Program-made: the position numbers and the translations under genes
The notes under the pieces: generated by a model
Told to the model about the DNA's origin: nothing
Databases searched by the model: none
Seen by the model: only the letters and a program-made list of their open reading frames with translations
In this document: one piece after another, positions 57,743-64,000 of the stretch
How the letters are laid out: every line of letters begins with the position of its first letter
How positions within the stretch are numbered: the stretch's first letter is position 1
NCBI GenBank assembly: GCA_046313895.1
Contig: JBKBWK010000013.1
Span: 2,359 to 66,358 of the forward strand
Length of the DNA: 64,000 bases
Source: Paracoccaceae bacterium
GTDB lineage: Bacteria; Pseudomonadota; Alphaproteobacteria; Rhodobacterales; Rhodobacteraceae
Reading direction: 5' to 3'

Positions 57743-58816
57743 TCAGGTGTCCATCACATCATCTGCTGCTTCGCTTTCGGCCATGTGGAAATCCAAGCCA
57801 TTGGCCGCCCGGATCTTGTCCTCGATCTCGGCCGCGATGCTGGGGTTGGACTTCAAAAACAGCTTTGCGTTTTCCCGTCCCTGCCCGATCCGTTCGTCGC
57901 CGTAAGAATACCACGACCCCGACTTTTCCACGACTCCGGCCTTCACGCCGATATCAACCAGTTCGCCGGTCTTCGAGATGCCTTCGCCATACATGATGTC
58001 GAATTCCACCTGTTTGAAGGGGGGTGCCACCTTGTTCTTCACCACCTTGACGCGGGTGGAGTTGCCCACAACATCGTCTTTTTCCTTGATCGACCCGATC
58101 CGGCGGATATCAAGCCGGACGGAGGCGTAGAATTTCAGCGCGTTCCCCCCCGTGGTGGTTTCCGGGCTGCCGAACATCACACCGATCTTCATGCGGATCT
58201 GGTTGATGAAGATCACCATGCAGTTGCTGCGACCGATGCTGGCGGTCAGTTTGCGCATGGCCTGAGACATCAGACGGGCCTGTGCGCCCATTTGCATGTC
58301 GCCCATATCGCCTTCGATTTCAGATTTTGGCGTCAAGGCAGCAACCGAGTCGACGACCACAAGGCTGACGGCGCCCGAGCGCACCAGCGTATCGACAATC
58401 TCAAGCGCCTGTTCGCCGGTATCGGGTTGGCTGATCAGCAACTCGTCAAGGTTCACGCCAAGCTTCTTCGCGTATTGCGGATCCAGCGCGTGCTCGGCAT
58501 CAACAAAGGCGCAAACGCCGCCTTTTTTCTGCTCTTCCGCCACCACATGCAGCGTCAGCGTGGTCTTGCCCGAAGATTCCGGCCCGTAAATCTCGATGAT
58601 CCGGCCCTTGGGCAAACCACCGATCCCCAAAGCGATGTCCAGGCCAAGAGAGCCCGTCGATGTGGCCTCGATATCCATCGCCGGGCTGTTTGCGCCCAGT
58701 CTCATGATCGAACCCTTGCCGAACTGCCGTTCGATCTGTGCCAGAGCGCTTTCCAGCGCCTTTGCCTTGTCCATGTCGCGCTTCCCGTTCAAATCGAGGA
58801 GGTTCGCTACCGCCAT
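57743..58816 (-). CDS. recA: Recombinase A
   Basis: [35 protein letters not shown]. Confidence 0.98.
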   Translation of the reverse strand: MAVANLLDLNGKRDMDKAKALESALAQIERQFGKGSIMRLGANSPAMDIEATSTGSLGLDIALGIGGLPKGRIIEIYGPESSGKTTLTLHVVAEEQKKGGVCAFVDAEHALDPQYAKKLGVNLDELLISQPDTGEQALEIVDTLVRSGAVSLVVVDSVAALTPKSEIEGDMGDMQMGAQARLMSQAMRKLTASIGRSNCMVIFINQIRMKIGVMFGSPETTTGGNALKFYASVRLDIRRIGSIKEKDDVVGNSTRVKVVKNKVAPPFKQVEFDIMYGEGISKTGELVDIGVKAGVVEKSGSWYSYGDERIGQGRENAKLFLKSNPSIAAEIEDKIRAANGLDFHMAESEAADDVMDT

Positions 58817-58865
58817 CGTCCCGCTCCTTATTTCACAGCCGCGGCACCGCGGCAATCATTGCCGT

Positions 58866-58880
58866 GTTCCCCAAGTGTTC
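58866..58880. promoter_or_regulatory. Alphaproteobacterial LexA (SOS) box
   Basis: GTTC-CCCAAGT-GTTC matches GTTC-N7-GTTC, about 50 bp upstream of recA. Confidence 0.88.
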
Positions 58881-58950
58881 TCAGTCTTATGAGATCAAAT
58901 GCAGAACATTTCAATCTAATTTTCGCAATTCCAGCTTTTTCACAGATTGG

Positions 58951-58966
58951 TTAAGCGATAGTTTAC
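58951..58966. promoter_or_regulatory. CtrA-like box upstream of the sulfotransferase-like gene
   Basis: TTAA-GCGATAG-TTTAC (1 mismatch to TTAA-N7-TTAAC), with TGGTTAA half-site. Confidence 0.5.
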
Positions 58967-59019
58967 ATGCGAATGGATAATCCGCATCCGGCAAGGATGC
59001 AGACAAGGGTCGGGCTGGC

Positions 59020-59610
59020 ATGTTGGTGTTCTGGGAACAACGTTTGGCGATCCTTGCTACGCCAAAAACCGGCTCGACCGCGATCGAGGCTGCTCTCGAA
59101 TCACTGGCTGCGCTGTCGATCCAGCGACCACCCGTTTTGAAACACACCAATGTCGCAGGCTTTCACCGTTTTGTCGGGCCGTATCTGGAGTCGGCCGCAG
59201 GCGGCCCGTTCACGGTGGTCGCCCTGATGCGCGAGCCGCGTGACTGGCTGGGAAGCTGGTTTCGGTATCGCAGCCGAGACGATATTCCTGATGAAGCGAA
59301 AAGCACTCAAGGCATGTCTTTTGATTCTTTCGTTCAGGCGTGGTGCACGCACCCACGGCCCGCGTTCGCAAACGTCGGGTCGCAGGCTGGTTTTTTGAAA
59401 GCGGCGGACGGGCGGGTCCCCGACAAAATATTCCGCTACGAGAACATCGGTCAGTTTGTTGACTTTCTGGAGGACCGACTGGACTTCCAGATCATCTTGC
59501 CACAGTTGAATGTGTCGCCCAAAGCGCCGCTGGATTTGTCAGAAAACACGCTGGACAGGCTGAAGACGGTCGCGGCCGAAGACTTCGCTTTGTATGACAG
59601 TCTCAACTGA
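59020..59610 (+). CDS. Sulfotransferase-fold protein
   Basis: PKTGST (5'-PSB-like) and MREPRDWLGSW (3'-PB-like), FRYEN, AEDFALY. Confidence 0.68.
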   Translation: MLVFWEQRLAILATPKTGSTAIEAALESLAALSIQRPPVLKHTNVAGFHRFVGPYLESAAGGPFTVVALMREPRDWLGSWFRYRSRDDIPDEAKSTQGMSFDSFVQAWCTHPRPAFANVGSQAGFLKAADGRVPDKIFRYENIGQFVDFLEDRLDFQIILPQLNVSPKAPLDLSENTLDRLKTVAAEDFALYDSLN

Positions 59611-59621
59611 CCGCGTGACTG

Positions 59622-61916
59622 TCAGTGTAACTGCCCTTGCACCGTAATCGCCAGCTCATTGAGCGAGAATGGCTTGGCCAGGAAGACGGAATTCGGCACC
59701 CTGCCCTGTTCTTCGGACAGGCAATCTTCTGCATAGCCGGACATGAACACCACCCGCACATCGGGTCGTGACTCGCGCGCCTGTTTCACCCAACTTGGGC
59801 CATCCATACCGGGCATCACGACATCGGTCACAAACACATCGATTTCAAGACTTGGGTCCTGCAACAGCCGAAGGGCCTCTTCGGCACTGTCCGCTTCAAG
59901 CACGGTATAGCCACGCAAGCGCAAGGCACGGCTGGCAAAGGCACGCACGGGGGCTTCGTCTTCGACCAAAAGAACCACACCCTCCCCTTGCTTCAGCAAG
60001 ATCTTACGCGGCGACGACACTTTCGGTGCATCGAGGTCTTCGGCGCTGGCCTGATGGATCGGGAAGTAAAGATGGAAGATGGTGCCTTCACCTGGCGTTG
60101 AGTCGACAAAAATGAACCCGCCGGACTGTTTGACGATGCCGTAAACCGTCGATAGGCCGAGTCCCGTCCCCTCGCCGGGGCGTTTGGTGGTGAAGAAGGG
60201 TTCAAAGATCTTGTCCAAGCGTTCTGGCGGGATGCCGGTTCCGGTGTCGGCGACACGTATCGTGGCATAGTCGCCAGCCGGCACAACTGCACGGTCACGC
60301 CGCATCTCCTCGTGCAGCGTCAATGCCTCGGTCTCAACCCGGATCGTTCCCCCTTCGGCCATGGCATCACGGGCGTTGACCACCAAATTCATTAGAACCT
60401 GTTCCAACTGCCGTTTGTCTGCACGGATCATGCCCAAGTCAGCGGCATGCGACAGGCGCAAACGCACCTTTTCCCCAACCAGCCGATTGAGAAGATGCGC
60501 CATATCCGACAATACGTCTTGCAGGTCGATCCGTTCCGGCTTCAGCGTTTGCTTGCGTGAAAACGCAAGCAGTTGGCCCACGAGCGAGGCGGCCCGATTT
60601 GCATTCTGATTGATCTGCACAAGATCGGCGTAGTCCTTGTCTTCCTTTGCGTGGCGCAACAGCAAAAGATCGCAGTGGCCGGTGATCGCCGTCAGCAGGT
60701 TGTTGAAGTCATGCGCAATCCCCCCTGCAAGCTGCCCGATGGCCTGCATCTTCTGGCTTTGCACGAACTGGGCTTCCAGCCGTTTCATGGCCGTGGCATC
60801 CTGCACCACTGCCAGAACGCCGGGACGTCCGATATCCACGAAACGCCGCAGGGTGACTTGATGGAACGCATCCGGTTGACCGGTCCGGGCGCGCAGAACT
60901 TCCGACCCGCTGGCGTGACGTTCGGTCACGACATCCGCCAACCAGTCCAGAACCGACCGACCCAGGCCTTCGTACAGATCGTGAAACATCGGACGGGCCT
61001 CGGGCAACAGACCCAGAACTTCGCGCGCATCCCGGTTTGCGGCCTGCAGGCGCCCATCGGCTGAAAACCGCAACAGCGCCACAGGAACGTTTTCGAAATC
61101 TTCCATGATCTGTTCGGTTTCAGTGCGTTGCGCCACCGGCATCAGATAGATTTCGCGGCGTTCCCCGGCACCGGCGATTTCGGCAAGGATGGCGCGGACG
61201 GGACCATCGACGCCGGCAACCTCCAACTCCTCCCCCGTGCGCAGATTGGGCGTGGTGAACACCCGATCAAGTCGCTTTGGCCTGCCGCCCAGCAACCGGC
61301 GCATGGCTTCGTTGGTGAACAGGACAACACCGGCCTTGTTGGCGATCAGCATTGGCAGGCTAAGCCCTTCTGCCCCACGGCCAGAAACAGCGCGATCCAC
61401 GAACTCTTCAAGCCGCCAAAGAAACCGCGCCTCAGACACGCGATGCACCGAAAGCCGCGAATGGCCGCGGCGTGTTACCACATCTTCACGCGCGGCACCG
61501 GCCTGAGCCGCGCGGGCCTGCAAGCGATAGAGGACAGAGGCCGGGCTTGCGAAATGGTCCTGCAGCGCCGAGATCAGTGTGGCCGACACCAGCCCGAACC
61601 GTGCCTGCGCAGACGTATTGCGATACAGGATCTGACCTTGAACATCGGTTGTGAAACACGGGGTCGCATCCTGCCCCACAAGCTGCGCCACCGACCGTTC
61701 CGCGTTGCGGTCCGTACGGTCGGCCATGCGTGTGATGACCCACAAAAGCAGGATCAGCGACACCAGCGTAAGCCCGACCACAGACGCCGCCAGACGCAAG
61801 GCAGGATCCGGCGCGAGAATGGCGCCAACAAGCGCCGCCATTGCCGCCGCAAGCAAAAGGCGTGCCCTGGCAGACAAACTGCGTGCCAAATTGACGATTT
61901 CGGCCGTTCCCTGCAT
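59622..61916 (-). CDS. cckA: Hybrid sensor kinase CckA
   Basis: Two TM, PAS-like region, [30 protein letters not shown]-terminal receiver; lies near recA. Start codon uncertain. Confidence 0.88.
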   Translation of the reverse strand: MQGTAEIVNLARSLSARARLLLAAAMAALVGAILAPDPALRLAASVVGLTLVSLILLLWVITRMADRTDRNAERSVAQLVGQDATPCFTTDVQGQILYRNTSAQARFGLVSATLISALQDHFASPASVLYRLQARAAQAGAAREDVVTRRGHSRLSVHRVSEARFLWRLEEFVDRAVSGRGAEGLSLPMLIANKAGVVLFTNEAMRRLLGGRPKRLDRVFTTPNLRTGEELEVAGVDGPVRAILAEIAGAGERREIYLMPVAQRTETEQIMEDFENVPVALLRFSADGRLQAANRDAREVLGLLPEARPMFHDLYEGLGRSVLDWLADVVTERHASGSEVLRARTGQPDAFHQVTLRRFVDIGRPGVLAVVQDATAMKRLEAQFVQSQKMQAIGQLAGGIAHDFNNLLTAITGHCDLLLLRHAKEDKDYADLVQINQNANRAASLVGQLLAFSRKQTLKPERIDLQDVLSDMAHLLNRLVGEKVRLRLSHAADLGMIRADKRQLEQVLMNLVVNARDAMAEGGTIRVETEALTLHEEMRRDRAVVPAGDYATIRVADTGTGIPPERLDKIFEPFFTTKRPGEGTGLGLSTVYGIVKQSGGFIFVDSTPGEGTIFHLYFPIHQASAEDLDAPKVSSPRKILLKQGEGVVLLVEDEAPVRAFASRALRLRGYTVLEADSAEEALRLLQDPSLEIDVFVTDVVMPGMDGPSWVKQARESRPDVRVVFMSGYAEDCLSEEQGRVPNSVFLAKPFSLNELAITVQGQLH

Positions 61917-61978
61917 TCCCGCCAACACGCCGCGTCCCCATCTGGTATTTCTCCAAGCGCAGGACACCACACCAATCG

Positions 61979-61994
61979 TTAATGTGGCCTTAAC
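61979..61994. promoter_or_regulatory. Consensus CtrA box upstream of cckA
   Basis: TTAA-TGTGGCC-TTAAC matches TTAA-N7-TTAAC exactly. Confidence 0.8.
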
Positions 61995-62036
61995 CGCCTT
62001 GGGTACTGCCGAAAATACCCGTTCAGGTTGTGTAAA

Positions 62037-63194
62037 TCAGGTGTTTTCGCGCGTCAACAGGGCCAGAAAGAATCCGTCTCCTCCGGTCAGGGGCGTCAAC
62101 ACCAGCGACTTTTGCAATGTCCAGCCCGGACTGCGGTCCAGAAAGTGCGCAACGCGCCCGGCGTTTTCACGGTGCAACAGCGAACATGTTGCATAGGCCA
62201 GCACGCCAGCCGGTGCCACCATTGGGGCCAGACGGTCCAGAATAGCGTCCTGCGTGACCCCGATTTGGGCCAGCCTGTCGGGCGTCAGCGTCCATTTTCC
62301 CTGTGGATCGCGCCGCCAACTGCCGGACCCCGAACAGGGAACATCAGCCAGGATCAGATCGAAGGGGGCTTTACGCTCAGGCGTTGAAACCATCCGCACC
62401 TCTGCTGCGGCACGGCTGGCCCGAGCGGGCAGATCGCGCATCCGGTCCGGGTTTGCGTCATGGGCAAACAGGGTCAGCTTCGCGCGGGCGGCCATGGCAA
62501 GCGTCTTTCCCCCGCCCCCGGCACAATGATCCAGCACGGTCATGCCGTCCCGCAGGGGCAGAGCCGCCACCACCGCCTGGGAGGAGGCGTCCTGCAATTC
62601 GACAAGCCCTGTCAGATAGGCTTGGCTGGTCTGAATCTTTCGCGCGCCATCGGTCACTTCCAACGCCGTGTCGGCCAAGGGGTGAGGCCGGGTCTGGATT
62701 CCATCCTTCCCGAGGGCTGTCATCGCCGCTGGAACGGTCGCACGCGCCAGGTTTACCCGCAAGAAGACCGGTGCCCGGCGTTGCATCGCCTGCGCTATGG
62801 TGGGCAGGTCATGACCCAGAGACTGTGTCAATTCAGGGATAAGCCAGTCTGGCAGATCCAGAGCCTCGGCCCCGTCCGGCAACCGACCCTGGTCGGTCGC
62901 GCAAACCGGTGGCTGTGCATGGCCTTCGCCCGTGAACAGCGTCGCAGGATCAGTGCCCGCTGCCCGCAAGGCGCCCAGCATCAGCCCGCGCCCGTGATCT
63001 CCGCCGCCGAGTGCGGCATAGGACCGACGACAGCGCAGCGCGTCATAGACCAGATCGCGCACAGCCGCCCGATCGCCCGACCCGGCAAACCGGCTGGACC
63101 GTCCCCAGCTGGTCAGTTCCCGTTCAGCCGTTTTCCCGGCCAGAGCGGCATCCAGAATACTGATAGCGGCCGAGATCCGGGCGGCGGGGGTCAT
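62037..63194 (-). CDS. RsmB/NOL1/NOP2-family RNA m5C methyltransferase
   Basis: ELQDASSQ, DHCAGGGGKT, DVPCSGSG, YATCSL. Confidence 0.9.
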   Translation of the reverse strand: MTPAARISAAISILDAALAGKTAERELTSWGRSSRFAGSGDRAAVRDLVYDALRCRRSYAALGGGDHGRGLMLGALRAAGTDPATLFTGEGHAQPPVCATDQGRLPDGAEALDLPDWLIPELTQSLGHDLPTIAQAMQRRAPVFLRVNLARATVPAAMTALGKDGIQTRPHPLADTALEVTDGARKIQTSQAYLTGLVELQDASSQAVVAALPLRDGMTVLDHCAGGGGKTLAMAARAKLTLFAHDANPDRMRDLPARASRAAAEVRMVSTPERKAPFDLILADVPCSGSGSWRRDPQGKWTLTPDRLAQIGVTQDAILDRLAPMVAPAGVLAYATCSLLHRENAGRVAHFLDRSPGWTLQKSLVLTPLTGGDGFFLALLTRENT

Positions 63195-63928
63195 GACTTG
63201 TTTTCCTGCAACAGGTTTCCACCGTCCACCACCAGCGTGATCCCGTTGACATAAGACGCCGAGAGCGATGCAAGGAAGGCAACACAGGCGGCCACTTCTT
63301 GCGGGGTGCCCGCCCGACCCATCGGCGATTTGCGCGCAGCAACGACCTCGTCACTCTGTGTCGCCTCGGTCGCGATCCAGCCGGGGGCAACCGCATTGAC
63401 GGTCACACCCTGCCTTGCCACCTCCAACGCCAGGGCATGGGTCAGTCCCACCATGGCCGCCTTGGCCGCCGAATAGGCCGAACTGCCCGGAACCGAAACC
63501 AGCGGCCCGGTGACCGAGGCCATCATCACCACGCGGCCAAAGCCTTGCGCCACCATGGCGGGTAAAAACGCGCGCGTGACCAGCACCGCCGTGGTCAGCG
63601 ACAGATCAAACTCGCGGCGCCACGCATCGGCGTCGGATGTCGCAAAGACCCGGCTGCGCTGCGGTTCGGCCTGTGTGCCCATGCCGGCATTGTTCACCAG
63701 AATATCGACTGGCCCAAGTGCGGCAAGACGGGCAACCTCGGCGGGTTCGGTCAGATCGCCCTGAAAGGCAGTGGCGGAAAAGCCCTCGGCCATCAGTTCC
63801 GCCGCCCGGGCATGGATCCTTCCCGACGCACCGGCGATGACAAGATCATGTCCCGCCGCACCCAAGGCACGGGCACAGGCCAGACCGATGCCGCCCGCAG
63901 CACCCGCACCGGTGATCAGGGCGCGCAT
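63191..63928 (-). CDS. SDR-family oxidoreductase
   Basis: TGAGAAGGIG, NNAG, YSAAK, NAVAPG, VDGG; TGATG overlap with guaB. Confidence 0.88.
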   Translation of the reverse strand: MRALITGAGAAGGIGLACARALGAAGHDLVIAGASGRIHARAAELMAEGFSATAFQGDLTEPAEVARLAALGPVDILVNNAGMGTQAEPQRSRVFATSDADAWRREFDLSLTTAVLVTRAFLPAMVAQGFGRVVMMASVTGPLVSVPGSSAYSAAKAAMVGLTHALALEVARQGVTVNAVAPGWIATEATQSDEVVAARKSPMGRAGTPQEVAACVAFLASLSASYVNGITLVVDGGNLLQENKS

Positions 63929-64000
63929 CAACCGACCCGGTAGTTCGGGCTTTCTCGGGTGATCTGCACATCGTGGACATGGCTTTCCTTCAGCCCGGCC
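63928..64000 (-). CDS. guaB: IMP dehydrogenase, C-terminal end (truncated by window edge)
   Basis: Hand translation AGLKESHVHDVQITRESPNYRVG* is the IMPDH C-terminus. Confidence 0.88.
   Translation of the reverse strand, partial: AGLKESHVHDVQITRESPNYRVG

Noticed and set aside
1-64000. Prophage, IS, integron, CRISPR array, or defence/toxin island
   Set aside because: I saw no integrase, transposase, cas or phage genes, no regularly spaced repeats, and no extended low-GC block.

Overview
This is a GC-rich core-chromosome window from an alphaproteobacterium, with gene content and motifs typical of Rhodobacteraceae/Paracoccaceae. I found no prophage, IS, integrase, CRISPR array or defence island. 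Left to right it carries: aglEFGAK alpha-glucoside uptake; FemAB-like GNAT; TehA-like channel; Ntn acylase; hemB; mfd; an orphan YejA-like SBP, entericidin-like lipoprotein, acyl-CoA ligase, FrnE and MFS run; bdhA-psuK-psuG; patatin; rpsB-tsf; a LuxR solo; tRNA-Arg(CCG); iscR-iscS-sufBCDS with four accessory genes; icd; typA; TAXI-TRAP with dctBD; alaS; recA; cckA; and the 3' end of guaB. The best signals lie outside the ORF track. (1) A dif-like XerCD site at 31910-31937 has KOPS octamers converging on it from both sides, so the window probably spans the replication terminus. (2) A candidate sRNA of about 75 nt at 22941-23016 has a loop complementary to the ribosome-binding site of an unannotated 41-aa entericidin-like gene in the divergent gene run. 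(3) Recognisable regulator sites: CtrA box at cckA, LexA box at recA, Irr and IscR boxes at iscR, DctD UAS pair, and a palindrome at icd. (4) The DctD lacks the canonical GAFTGA loop and Walker B Glu. All calls come from reading motifs by eye; no database searches or folding computations were run.
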